From Lingula anatina (taxonomy: Eukaryota > Animalia > Brachiopoda), in contig CM120648.1 of the NCBI GenBank assembly GCA_051362555.1, positions 16,674,587 to 16,738,586 on the forward strand: a DNA stretch of 64,000 bases, in the 5' to 3' direction. Positions 26,480 to 39,500 of the stretch are shown here, in pieces (positions within the stretch are counted from its first letter, which is position 1; the number at the start of each line of letters is the position of its first letter). The notes beneath the pieces are model-generated. The model was not told where the DNA came from, did not search any database, and worked only from the letters and a program-made list of their open reading frames with translations. The position numbers and the translations under genes were made by a program.

Positions 26480-29400
26480 TTAACAAGGCAGCAAAGCTGT
26501 CAAATGTACAGAAAAAAAACAGAAAATAAAGATATAAAAAAGGTCATTTTGTCAATTTTGATGCAATAATAAATAATGCTCATAATAGCACTGTCAGTCA
26601 ACACTGAATTTTATGCACTGAATTTCATGCACAACAGGTAACATGGTCAATAACAGGAGCGGACCCTGAGATATTTTCTGACAGTATTCCAAAGTATCTA
26701 TGTTGATCCATCCTCCATTTTGATGGTCTTCCAACAGAAAAAAATAGATACCAGTCAATATAAACTTAATAACCTGACCGTCTTCCGGAAGACCCAGAAG
26801 ATGGTCTCAATCCACCCCTTCAATAAGATTACAGTTTCAGGACCATGAGAGTTCAAATTCTCATGATGAAAGTCTCAATATTTGAAAAATGATGACAGTG
26901 CATAAAATAATATTACATTATGTATAAAGACATAAAAAACAATACAACTGCTTACGTGGAAATATAGAAAATGTGCAGAGCCTCAGGCAGATGAGAGTTA
27001 AAAGTCACAAATGCCAGTGTTTGAGAAAAAATTAAAAAGGAAAACATAACAAAACTAGAAAAGCACTCCAAGAGCGCAGACCTCTGCCAAGACAGCATTT
27101 GTTGATTATTATTGATTGATTATTGATCCGGACCACCACCAAAAACTAATCATTGCCCTCCTTGCCCACTTCTGACAGTTCCTGAAAATTTCATCAAAAT
27201 CGGTCCGTAACTTTTTGAGTTATGTTGATGACAGACAAACAGGGGTGAAAACATAACCTCCTTGGCAGAGGTAAATATAATTCCAATGATGCTGCCATTC
27301 AAACTTTTAATCTTTTTTTATATATATATATATATAAAACTTATTTGCAATATTAAACAAAATTTACCTGCATAATTATCACTGCTTACTTATTATTAAT
27401 CTAGCAGAGAGCTTAACCTTTGGGAGTTTACAGGGAAATATCAACAAGTGTGCTTTATGAAATCTCATTTAATGGCCTATTAATGACTTTATAACTCTGA
27501 ACTTAGCTAAGTGATACCCAAGGGAAATTTACAGACTGACCCTCTCAAAGATCTTTCAGGCCCATAAGTCACATCTTAAGAAAAGCACATAACAATAATG
27601 CACAAAATAGGAGACTACCAATTCTGATGCAATAATACATTATGTTTAACTGCACAGTCAACATCAAATTTTAATTATGCACAACAGGTAACACCAACGA
27701 AAGTAAAAGCATAAGGCTTCAGGCCCATCAGAGTTCAAGTTTATACTTTGAAAGTGCCAGAATGAGAAAAATGAAAATTTCACACAAAATTGCATGAATT
27801 CAATGATAAAAGATAACCCAATTGAGCTGGCTTTCTAATTTGAACTGCATGCCAATCCTAAAAATCATACTTGTAAGTTAAAAATAATAATAAGTAACAC
27901 AGTTTTCTTTTCATAATGTTTGCAGTAGCAGTGCAAAAAGATTTTTGTCAATTTTGATGTAACATTACATAATAAATTATATAATAATTATCACCAATTT
28001 TTGATTATTGACTATAAATAGCATGGACATTTAGAAAATTTGATTACTATTCGGCTTCATGTCCATGGGAGCTCCGAGTCCCACAATGAATATGCCAACA
28101 TGATAATAATGAATTTTTCACTAAAATGTATAACTTCCAGAAAAAGAAGCCAATTAGACTGCTTTTCCAACTCAGGCTGCATTTTAGTCCTGTGTTTCTT
28201 TTTTGAAAGTTTGACAGTCATAAGTAACACGGTTTTCCCATAATGGTCATCATGGCAGCAGCACCAAAAATTGTGTTTTCTTCTATTTTGATGCAACATT
28301 ACATAATGCTTAACAGCATAATGACCATCAATTTTTAATAATAATATATACGTATCATGGATTTTCAGAAAATGTGACTAGCATGGGTCTTCAAGCCCGT
28401 GGAGGTTCTAAGTCTCACCTTGAAAATGCCAATATGTGAAAAATGAAATTTTCACAAAAAACTGTTTAACTGCCAGAAAAATTTACCAAACAGACTACAT
28501 TTCCTACTTAAGCTGTATTTTAGTCCCATGTTTCTTTCCTGTAAGTTTGAGAACAGTAAGTGACATGATTTTCCTTAAGTGCTCATCATGGGAGCAGTGC
28601 CCAAAATAGGGGTTTCTTCAAATTTTAATGTAACATTACATAATGTTTAACAGCATAATGACCATCAATTTTTAATAATAGAATATTAGTATCATGGATA
28701 TTCAGAAAATGTGACTAGCAAAGGTCTTCAGGCCCATGGAACTTTAAAGTCACATCTTGAAAATGCCAAAATGTAAACAAGACAGCACTTTTCTGAAATG
28801 GGTTTATTTCCATTTTTAACACTTTTTTAACATAAAACAAAATTAACAGTTTACTGCCATTTTTATATGACCAACTAAGAAAATTGATGAGATGGGAAAA
28901 ATATCAACAGAACAGTATTAAATGACCAATTTCCTCCATTATGAGATTCTGAACATAGTGGATGATTGAATCTGACAAACTGCAATGATATGTGTTTATT
29001 TCCATTTTTGACACTTCATTACACAATACACGATAACAAGTTTACCATCATTTTTACATAATCAACTAACAATGTTGTAAAGATGCAGGAAATGTCAAAA
29101 AAACACTTTTACATATCTTATTAGTTCAATAATGAGACTATTAACATGCCTAAGAATTGAATCAGAGAAAATGTGAAAAAAAAGCATAACTTCCCTAAAA
29201 ATGACCCAATCATGCTGATTTTCGAACTTGACCTGCGTATTATAAATATTCATCAGTTCTGTAAGTTTCAAACCAAAAGGTAAAACGGTTTTCCACTTAT
29301 CGTGTTTACGGTGTTGCATATATGCTGAAAAAAGTGAAAAAAAGCAAAACTTCCCTAAAAATGACTCGATCATGCTGATTTTCAAACTTGACCTGCGTAT

Positions 29401-29641
29401 TATACAAATTCATCAGTTCTGTAAGTTTCAAACCAAAAGGTAAAACGGTTTTCCACTTATCGTGTTTACGGTGTTGCATATATGCTGAAAAAAGTGAAAA
29501 AACAGCATAACTTCCCTAAAAATGGCCCGATCATGCTGATTTTCGAACTTGACCTGAATATTATGAATATTCATCAGTTCTGTAAGTTTCAAGTCAAAAT
29601 GTAAAACTGTTTTCCACTTATCGTGTTTACGGTAAAAGTGC

Positions 29642-29673
<32 letters not shown>

Positions 29674-29733
29674 AGCGACGACAGACGCAGGTGATGGCTA
29701 TATGTACAGACACATCTGTGTCTGTACATAAAA
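26480..29733 (+). mobile_element. Non-autonomous Helentron/HINE-like element, family B, copy 1
   Basis: 5' AACAAGGCAGCAAAGCTGTCAAATGTACAGA (also at 42028), internal sub-repeats, a (GGCAAC)n microsatellite, then the 3' hairpin TGTACAGACAC-ATCT-GTGTCTGTACA followed by an A-run. Confidence 0.7.
27053..27274 (+). mobile_element. Small HINE/DINE-like MITE nested in the family-B element
   Basis: 5' AACTAGAAAAGCACTCC..; subterminal inverted repeat ACCTCTGCCAAG / CTTGGCAGAGGT; ACAGACAAAC microsatellite before the 3' end. Confidence 0.65.
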
Positions 29734-30867
29734 ATTCTTCGTTCAGGCTCATTCTTCTTCATTCCTTCTGATTCCGAATAAGGGTGACGAGGGCTTCATC
29801 CGAAGCATGCAGGCACTAACAGATCGCGACCTGCATTGAAGCATCCCGAGGCCCTACCCAGTTTTGACTGTTGAGACTTCGTGTTTGGCCAATGCCAATT
29901 TCTTTTGCTAAGTATTTTTTCTTTTGGAATCATTTTTGAAACTTAAGATTATTTGTCTCTGTATGCCAATATTCATAACAAATGATCCATATGAAAAATA
30001 AAACAAACAAATTTTGACTTTAAAATAGCAATGTCGACAATAATTCTCAGTTACTCGCCTTTTACGGTATTTGATCTTAAATGTACGCAAAGTCTGTGCA
30101 CTTTTGTATTTTACAAATAAAAATGGGAGAAATGAAAATTAACTATAAAATTGTATAAGTACCAGAAAAAAAATTACCAGTTCATTAAAAGAATATCATC
30201 AAACAGTCGTTCTTTTTAATTCTTTTTAATTGAAATGAAGATATTACAAGATCAAAGATGTTACACGATAAATGTAAAGACTTTTGCATATATTTCTATG
30301 CTTTAGTGTGGAGATCATAGAGAAGATAACCCACACGTCAGTTTTTGAAAGATGGATGTCGTTTTCATAAAGTATTGTCAGTATTTTACTTCAATGGTAA
30401 CAAAGTGAACTTGCTGTTGTGATTCTTGATTGTTTGACAGATAATTATTATCAAAAGACTACACAGATGAACATCCATCAGAAAATGTAACATGATATAT
30501 GAAATGTTAAAAGTTGATTTTTTATGCATGACAAAACATGACTTTAGCACATGAAAATTTACCGCAAGTTTTTTTTTCTATCAGAGGTGCCGAGTGATTT
30601 CATCTTTCATTAGCTTTCATGCATTGTTATACATATGCTATTATCCCTAGAAACCCAATTAATTACATGAAAGACACTGTATGTTTAATTACATGAAAGA
30701 CACATAAAATGACTAATCATGTATGTGCAAAGGCCTTTGCTATGGGATTTACTCGCCACAAATAATGACCTCAGACTAAAAGGTGATACCACTATTACTA
30801 TAAGCACTCGGTTGGAAATTGTGATGCTCATGAGTTACGGAATTGCAACGAATCACCTTGCTTGTGC

Positions 30868-31290
30868 TCAGTAGCGATTGGCTTTCGAGTTAAGGAGGCC
30901 AGTATTACAATATGTAAAATCTGAGCAATATGTTTCATTTCGAGTATTGAAGGTCCTCAATTCACTCTGTGCCTCAGCCGCCACCAATAGGTCAGCAGGG
31001 TTGATGGCTACTGCTGTACGTAGGATACACCAGTTTATCATCATCCTTAGTGACAATTAATGTATCTGATAAACTGTCCCTGTGGACTCAGTGCCACTAT
31101 CCTGGGGTTATAACAGTCAGCAATGAAGATGTGACCATAGCTGTCTGTACACCCTACCCATGGTACATACAGCTGACCAGTACCTCTGCCTCTTGTGCCA
31201 TGCTGGTACAATTGGTCACCAGTAAGTGGCAGCACATGTACACAGTCACTGAGCAAGCCTGATATCTCAATGTTAAAATGCAAACTTTAA
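30868..31290 (-). pseudogene. NHL-repeat (TRIM-NHL-like beta-propeller) C-terminal fragment, disrupted
   Basis: GDQLYQHGTRGRGTGQLYVPWVGCTDSYGHIFIADCYNPRIVALSPQGQFIR, then stops and a frameshift, then VAINPADLLVAAE. Confidence 0.7.
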
Positions 31291-32259
31291 ACTGTTATGT
31301 GTTGTGAATCAGAGGGCTGTTCCCATAGTGTTTTCTGTGATGAATTTTTACCAAAATGGTTATTTACAACTACTTAACAAGTACTATCTAGTACTAGAGC
31401 ACTGTCTTAATCATGGACAGTGTCAACCTATCGTCTTTTCACTGTGGTTAAATTCCATCTGCATTAAATTCTGTAGGGACTTTGGCTTGCACGTATATTC
31501 ATGAAGATATTTGATGTTGTGAGTTAATGAAGAAAGTACAGCATAGGACAGCACTATAGACAAAAGCAGATGCGGCTGAGGAGTGAATGTCCAGACAGAG
31601 TCTGTCCATAAAAAGGAAAACAAGACATACACTGGTGTGTAATTTATATATTGAAATAAACACAAATGTCACAAGATATGAATGTTAAGGTGATTATTTA
31701 TGTACCCACATTAAATCAGTTATTTAGAGAGGTATATATATTTAACTATGTTGTCAGTATTTTTGATCCAATATTTACTGGTACTTTACAAGTACTTTAC
31801 AGGAGTGTCTTATTTTTGTTGGAATTTTCAGCTAAATATTTACTAGAGGCTCTCAATTAAGTATTATCAGTATTTTCAGTTATGTATTTACAGGTATTCT
31901 ACAATTACTTAAGTACTGTCAGTATTTTCAAATCAATATTTACAAGTATTAGACTGTCTTAATTTCATATTGTCAGTATTTTCAAGTCAATTTTTACAAC
32001 TACTTAACAAGTACGAGAGCACTGTTTTAATCAAGCATTGTCTGTAATTTCAATTCAATATTTACAAGTATTTTACAATTACTAAAGTGTCTTAATTAAG
32101 TATTGTTAGTACTTTCGATTCAATATTTACAACTACTATAAAAGTGCTAGGGCGTCTTAATTATTTTGAATATTTTCCATTCAATATTTACAAGAACTAT
32201 AGTGTCTCAATTAAGTATTGTTAGTGTTTTCAATTTTATATATATATATATATATATAT

Positions 32260-32840
32260 CACTACTAGATTGTCTTAATTAAGTATATGACATTATTTTC
32301 AGCTAAATATTTGAAAGTACTTTACAACTTCTAGATTGTCTTGGTTAATATATATCATTATTTTCAGCTAAATATATACAAGTACTTTACAACTACTAGA
32401 CTGTCTTGATTAATATATGTCATTATTGTCAGCTAAATATATACAAGTACTTTACAACTACTAGACTGTCTTGATTAATGTATGATATTATTGTCAGCTA
32501 AATATATACAAGAACTTTACAACTACTAGACTGTCTTGATTAATATATGTCATTATTGTCAGCTAAATATATACAAGTACTTTACAACTACTAGACTGTC
32601 TTGATTAATATATGTCATTATTGTCAGCTAAATATATACAAGTACTTTACAACTACTAGACTGTCTTGATTAATGTATGATATTATTGTCAGCTAAATAT
32701 ATACAAGAACTTTACAACTACTAGACTGTCTTGATTAATATATGTCATTATTGTCAGCTAAATATATACAAGTACTTTACAACTACTAGACTGTCTTGAT
32801 TAATATATGTCATTATTGTCAGCTAAATATTTACAAGTAC
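32260..32840. repeat. 65-bp tandem repeat (~9 copies; degenerate units extend back to ~31750)
   Basis: CTAGACTGTC recurs every 65 bp (32396, 32461, ...). Confidence 0.9.
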
Positions 32841-34270
32841 TGGAATGTTTACACTGGCTCTGATGATGGTAAACAGCAGCAGATACTTCTCTGAGGACAC
32901 ATCTAAACGTGTTGTAACGAACGGGGCTCCAATAGCTCTACACCAATGCCGACAAAAATTTACCAGTCCAACTTTAGTTGCCGTTCTAGAGCCGTTTAAA
33001 GACGAAAAGATGCCAAATACCCCATGATTTAAAACAAAGAAAGAAACGTTAGATTTGTACCGCTGTACGGGAAAGAATCAACACTGACGTTCCAACCGTG
33101 TCGACGTGCCGTCAGAAAGTGTGACCGCGCGACCTGCGGTCATGACGTCACGGTCGCTATAAATAGCCGCTCAGCTGATCGTTAGCGGCGTCTTTCAAGT
33201 TCTTCGAGTTGAAGCGGGGAAGAAAGAAAGTATCTTTGAGTGACAGTCATAAAGCACAAGAGAGAGACAAAAAGTGAGTGAAACGGGCTGCGGGTAGCCC
33301 TCGGGCTACCCGACGTAGTCGGGAAAAATTGTGAAGAATTTTCTTTTCGAAGATTAGTCTATTTTTTTTTTTGTAGTATTTTGGCTGACAGTTATGTCAG
33401 CTACATGCACCGTTAGTTTTTAGCGAGTTTCTTAACGCAATCCTGTAACTGCATTCACCGTGACGCGCTCCGGAGGACAAGTGGTGGCTGTCAGATCATG
33501 GGATCCCTTGGTTGCAGATGTTTAGGATCCTGGCCAAGGAAGCCGCTGCGGCATGGACGATTTTGGGTGAAAGGCTGATCGGGTCCAAGACGTCATGTAG
33601 GAGGCGCCGTCGACAGCTCGGAGCTGAAGGGAAAATGCCAGCCCGAGTGCGCAGTGTTCCCCCGTGTATGATCGGGGCAGTGTTATGTTCTTATTTTGTT
33701 TTAGTTCGGTCCGCCGGACGTGTCCCTTTGCATGCAGCTACCGGAAAGCGAAAAGAGACAGTAATGGTGAAGGACGTCCTTACCCTCGATCACGGTGCTC
33801 CCCTAGGAAACCTCCGCTCCCGCCGAGGCGAGACTGGGAACTTCCCATGGGACAGACGGGTCCAGGGCGTAGATAATGCAGGAAATGCGCCACGGAAGAT
33901 TAACCTTGCTCTTTCAGAGCTAACAGTCACAGGTTCCGGGTCCGCGGGGTTTACTGCCGCCAAGATGTTCACTGATTGAACTGAAGGCCTCAGCGTTCCC
34001 CTACGATCTCGCCGCCCGTGGGTGGAAAAAGTGCCAGGACTGAGTTGTTGTGTGCATGAACCGTACCCGTGAGATTTTGCTGGTGGAGAGTGTCGCCGTG
34101 TCCACTTCAGAGTCGAGTCGTCGAACCAGGTTCACAGACCGAGGGTACAGTCTGTGAATCCCATTCAGGTTCCGTTCCCGCGGCTGCGGCCGTGTGATGC
34201 GTACCGAGCTCCTCTGCCATTGCGAATAACAGCCGGAATGCTGAGAAACTGAACAGACGCCCACCATGAA

Positions 34271-34530
34271 GATATCGTCGCCATCCCCTAGATGACGCCG
34301 CCGCGTTCAACGGTCGTCGTTATGCCGTCCCCAGGCGTACGATATCGTCGCCATCCCCTAGATGACGTCGCCGCGTTCAACGGTCGTCGTTATGCCGTCC
34401 CCAGGCGTACGATATCGTCGCCATCCCCTAGATGACGCCGCCGCGTTCAATGGTCGTCGTTATGCCGTCCCCAGGCGTAAGATATCGTCGCCATCCCCTA
34501 GATGACGCCGCCGCGTTCAACGGTCGTCGT
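34271..34530. repeat. 70-bp GC-rich tandem repeat (3.7 copies) inside the LTR
   Basis: GATATCGTCGCCATCCCCTAGATGACG.. at 34271, 34341, 34411 and 34481. Confidence 0.92.
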
Positions 34531-34810
34531 TTCTACCATGAAGAAAGATGCTGATTTGCGCTACGCTACCATACCATGAAAAACGTTGCTCGATTTTATT
34601 ACAAACTCTATGGCTTTAGGCCTTGTATATATCTCTTGAAATATCTCTTTTATTGAAAGCAAATTGGTGTATAATAATAATATTTGAACTGTAACCATAT
34701 GCCTTTGTTGTTAATTTCGAAGGACCGGGATATACTTTCCCTGTTTCAACATCATATTCCCACGTCGCGTCCGGGGTCGTGCGCCGACGCGGCGACCTCG
34801 CGCGTTACAT

Positions 34811-34828
34811 TGGTGGCAGCGGTGGGAT
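34811..34828 (+). promoter_or_regulatory. Primer-binding site complementary to the 3' end of tRNA-Leu
   Basis: TGGTGGCAGCGGTGGGAT one base after the LTR end; complementary to ...ATCCCACCGCTGCCACCA. Confidence 0.85.
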
Positions 34829-34904
34829 TGTCCTTCGAAATGTGCTATGGTTACTTGGTCATGAATGGATGATAATTATTATCATTATTTTTTTTTAATA
34901 TCTC

Positions 34905-35880
34905 TTGTCACAAGAAGTCAGAATGGAAAATGCTAAGCTAGACAACTTTGACCAGTCAAGTGAGAGTGAGGTCATCCTGAATCTACGAGACCACGAGGGC
35001 CGCCACGCAGAGATAGACCGTGAGAGTAATACTTTGTTAGCGGGTCCATCACCTAGAAAGAGACTGGTGAGTTCTCCATTCCCACCTAGAGACGTATTCC
35101 CAGGCAGCACAGGAGTCCAGAAAGGAAGGCCAAGCGTAATTCCCGACCGCTACGATGGAAGCAGTCCGTGGTCCGATTACCTGGCGCACTTTGAGGGTGT
35201 GCGATCATCAATGGTTGGAGCAGTTATGAGAAGTCAGCATTTCTCGCAGTCAGTTTGAAGGGAGAAGCTCAAGCCATTCTAAGTGATGCCCAAGCCGGGG
35301 GGGGGGGGGGAAGACTGTCCTACAAAGATTTGGTAGACTTATTACAGAGAAGGTTTGGTCCGGGAGAGGGAGCAGAAATCTTTGTGGCAGAGCTGTGTCA
35401 TCGTCGAAGAAAACCAAATGAGAGCCTGCGAGAATTGGGACAAGCTATCCGAAGACTCACTGCCCTAGCCTATCCAGAGTTGAATGTGATGTCACAGGAT
35501 CGCCTGGCCCGGGTACATTTCCAGGAAGCCGTGGTGAGCAAAGAATTGAAATCATGTATTTTTCAGGCTCATTGTAAGACTGGAAGATGCAGTGACGGTG
35601 GCAGCAGGCATGGAGTCATTTCTGGATGCAGAAAGACTGAGCGAGGCTGGTAAACGGCAACTGCGGGTAGTACAGAAGACTGAAGAAGACGAGACCCAGG
35701 TGAAAAGACTGGAGGATGAAGTCCATGCTTTAAGAAGAGAGCTTGCCGACCTCAGAAGATCCAAGCCTGTCTCATTCTTCGGTAAGCAGCCATTCAGGAG
35801 GGCAAAGGGAGTAAACTGCTACAACTGTCAACAGGAAGGTCATTTTGCCAGAGAATGCCCTCAACCAGCCAATGAGGGAA
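34905..35880 (+). pseudogene. gag: Frameshifted gag with a CCHC zinc knuckle
   Basis: PDRYDGSSPWSDYLAHFE, LKGEAQAIL, ESLRELGQAIRRL, CYNCQQEGHFAREC across three frames; ends at the GGGAAAC slippery site. Confidence 0.85.
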
Positions 35881-36209
35881 ACCTCGCGCGTTACAGTGTC
35901 ATTAAATTGTTTAAGAACAGATGAGTATCACAACACAAATAATGCTCTTAGTATGAAATGTGGGGAATATCTATATTGCATAATGGAATGTCCCATTGTA
36001 GATTTTCAGCAAGTTTGCTCAAAATCACTAAAAACAGCGGTCACTTTATTTATCTGATGACAATATCTAAAGCATGCAAGTAATATGGTGGATATACACC
36101 ATAGGTTCCTTGTCCACGGTGACCCAAACAGGATAAAAAATCTTAACACATACTGTCAAACACTGTACACAAGTAGTTTTAATGTGCTCTAATAGGGTAT
36201 GGGTGGAGC

Positions 36210-36593
36210 TTAAATTCCTAACGCCAACGGCTCTTCACAAAAAGGCCGATCACTTCCAATTTCCTGTTTCTGTAATTCATCCTCTACATCCTGGCTGCTA
36301 ACTTCTAGTTCATCTGCCAGATGGGAATGTTGGTATTGTCTAAGGGCATCTTTCAAGCATTCGATGGGTCGTTTTTCAGGACTGCTTGCAATTAGTCTTT
36401 CAAACAACTTTCTACAGGCATCATGTGGATTTTCCCTGGCACTATTTCTAAGCACTGTAATCTCCTCATCGGGTATCATATCATATTGATAAAAGAAATT
36501 CAAAATTCTTCCAATGTCAATATGAATTTCTTCAGCAAAGCGAATTCCATTCTGTCTAAGTTTCTTATACTCCATTTCACTCTTAAGTCCACT
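36210..36593 (-). CDS. ROCO gene terminal exon: CARD-like death-fold domain
   Basis: [61 protein letters not shown] matches the CARD helix pattern; AG acceptor at 36594-5, TAA stop. Confidence 0.8.
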   Translation of the reverse strand, partial: SGLKSEMEYKKLRQNGIRFAEEIHIDIGRILNFFYQYDMIPDEEITVLRNSARENPHDACRKLFERLIASSPEKRPIECLKDALRQYQHSHLADELEVSSQDVEDELQKQEIGSDRPFCEEPLALGI

Positions 36594-39500
36594 CTAGAAA
36601 AGAAATATAAAGTGAGTTAGTAGTTTGTGTGGATAGATGCTTGTTCAAACCTTGTTATAATAATATTTTATGAAGATCTTGAAGAGATAAATTTGCCAAG
36701 GAGTACAGATATTTCAGAGGTATACATAGTGTAAAATCACTGAAGCCAAAACATATCATACTGTTTATTTAAGTGTCAAATTCCACAAAAAGCTGATTAC
36801 TTCATGAGACCAAATGGTCAGTTACCTTGACTTCATCAATCAAATCTTGTGGAATGTCTAGTTCTCCTTCTGTGTGGCATCCCTTTAACTTTGACAACAC
36901 ACTGATGAAAGATGCAATAGAACCCTCAACTTGAGACAACAAAGAAGATACAATATCGTGAGGGCGTGGTGTTTCATCTGAAATTCCATGCATTTTCTTC
37001 ACTTGGTTCCATACATCATCTTGAGAAAGTGTCTCATTCAGTCGTTTTCTCACATGTGGAGGAATATGTTTATGAAATAATGTTGTCACATCTTCCATCT
37101 GCCCCATGGATTCCTTCTCTGGGTTATAATTGATAACCTGCTGAACATTGAAAGTTATATGTGTGTTGCCTGTATTGGGAAGGGTCTGTCCTAGAGCCCC
37201 AGCAACCCCTTGGGTTAAGGCCATAGACAGGCTTTTGAACCGATTGTCCACATGGGTCTGGTTTAGACCTTGGTCTTCCATTGTTCTAACGGTGTGAGGG
37301 CCAGTAGCATCAGAAGTACCTTGGTCTCCACCCTCAGCAGACATAGGGTTATGTTGTGGGGGTAATGGCGGGGAGACAGGAATGGAACTGGCATTTGTTT
37401 GGTACTTGGCATCAACTTGCTGCTTTTGTGGCTGGTCAGAGCCGGATACCTGTTGAAGTTGATCCTGAATAAAAGTTATGATGTTCATAACCAATGATTA
37501 AAAATAATAATAAAGGAAAAAAGAAAACAGAGAGAAAGATAAAAATGCAATGCTAAACCATTTTTGACCATTAAACTAACATGAAACCCATTTTCCTTTC
37601 AATTCACTCAAAGGATTATATCACTTCTGAAAGAACAACACAACTTTTTCTTGCAGATCTCAGATTACTTACTGGTAACCTCCAGCGGATGTCAAACTCA
37701 GTGGATGCCATCACTTTAATATCCTCCTCCCAGTCCTCTTCTCCTTTCTGTTTTACATGTATCTTGCAAACAAACACATCAATCGGCCCTCTGACTTCTG
37801 CCGCGGGGATCAGGGAATATGTTATATATTCTGGGCAGCTTTTGAACAATTTGACATACTTCATAACCTAAAATACAACAAATAATTTTTCTCTACAATT
37901 GCTTTTTAACATCAGCTTTCGCAATCTAAAAACTTGTCCAAGGAGTGAATTATTATCAGACAGATTTTTTACTTCATTATTTCACAGTTATTCTGCAGTA
38001 TTTGCACTTCTTTTCTTCTAACATCCCAGGGGCCGGTTTCACAAAGCAGTAGTTAGTTAGCGATCGGTAGTTAGCCTCTCGCTAGTTATAGTGCCGTTTC
38101 ACGAAGCAGTCGCTAGTTCTCTCGCTCGTTATTGTCTCGTTGTTACCATGGATATTTAACGACTGGTCAGACCAGTCGCTAACTCTTAGAGTTTCATCGT
38201 ACGCATGCGTAATGAGTGAAATAAAAAGGTTGCTTAGTTACCGTTGTCTGTCGTTCGTCTTTGTATCCAATATGGCGGCTACCTTTCTTGCTATCCGTAC
38301 CGCCAGACGGCAACGTAGACTATGACGTTTTCATGAAAGGCAGAATCTATTATAATATACATACGATGATGCAATTTACGAGAGGTTGCGCCTAGCTGTG
38401 ACAAAAAGAGCGGCAAAAAGGTGGTGGAGATCCTTTACGACGACCTCAAAGCAGATGTTCTTATGCATTTCCAGCCACCAAAAATTGGAGAGTTAGTGCT
38501 TTCGTGACACTTTTACGCAAGAGTTCCACTTCCGGCAGACGGTTTCGAGACTAAGGTGAGTAACGAGAGAACTAGCGACCGAACTTTACGACTGAACTTA
38601 GCGATAAGTTAACTACTGCTTCGTGAAACACCCCTCGAAAATCGCTAAGTTTGCTCGTTAGCGAGGTAGTTCAGTAGTTAGTTGTTCTAACTAACTACTG
38701 CTTTGTGAAACCGGCCCCAGAGTTGTTAAGGAGCATTAATTGTTGTCTAAAACAAAACTGGTCACCAAAAGCTAGTGTTGTTTTTCAAAATGTAACCTGG
38801 CAACTAGAAACTAGTGTCACTTTTCAAAAACAAATTCTGGAAACAACTATTTTCTTCAAATGCCCCTTTACCAGAAACTTATAATCTGGAATGACTTTAT
38901 AGCTGGACCCAGAAGATTACTGAACCTTTATCAGTCTATCTCCAGAATGATGGTGGCCATATTGAGGTCACATTGCTTCCAGACTGTCATACAAATATAT
39001 ATGCTGACACAGTAACAACATTGGTCTGTAAACCAGTACTAAATATACTAACTTGACACAGCCAGCTTTCAATAAAATACTAATTGAAAACTGAACTTGC
39101 CTAGCTGTGTTTAACTTTCGTGAAAATGGTGCAATATTTTGTCTCCCCCCTGTACGTCTAAACCCACAAGATGTCTTTGCTGTGACGAATATTGGAATAT
39201 TGGTAGAATTGTGTTTGAAATGTAATATCTGTGGAACATCAGTAAATCTCATAATCCTGTGTGGCAGTGAAGAAGGCCTGTGTAATTATTGTTATCATTT
39301 CTGCCAAAGGAGGTTTTTGTTTCTGGCTCTGTTAGTTATGTTTGTATGTCTGTTTGCAACACTTAACCGAAAGTTATGGGAAGGTTTAGATGACAATTTC
39401 AGGATAGGTTACAAATGGGTCCAACAACACCATAGGACTATCTAGGTGATACTGAGTACAATTGAAACACTGCCTTGGCCAATTTTAATGGTACACATCG

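Larger units (their letters stand above)
32913..35895 (+). mobile_element. Internally deleted Gypsy LTR element: 1.9-kb 5' LTR, PBS, gag and the last ~15 bp of the 3' LTR; TSD GTGT
   Basis: LTR TGTAACG(32913)...CGTTACA(34809). The gag end is fused to ACCTCGCGCGTTACA (35881..35895), identical to the LTR end. GTGT at 32909-12 and 35896-99. Confidence 0.9.

Noticed and set aside
30868-31290. NHL repeats as a further C-terminal domain of the ROCO protein
   Set aside because: The CARD exon ends in a stop at 36210, and the NHL segment has its own stops and a frameshift; treated as a separate pseudogene fragment.
33512-33979. 155-aa ORF as a protein-coding gene
   Set aside because: It lies inside a GC-rich LTR, has a non-ATG start and no motif; likely a chance ORF.
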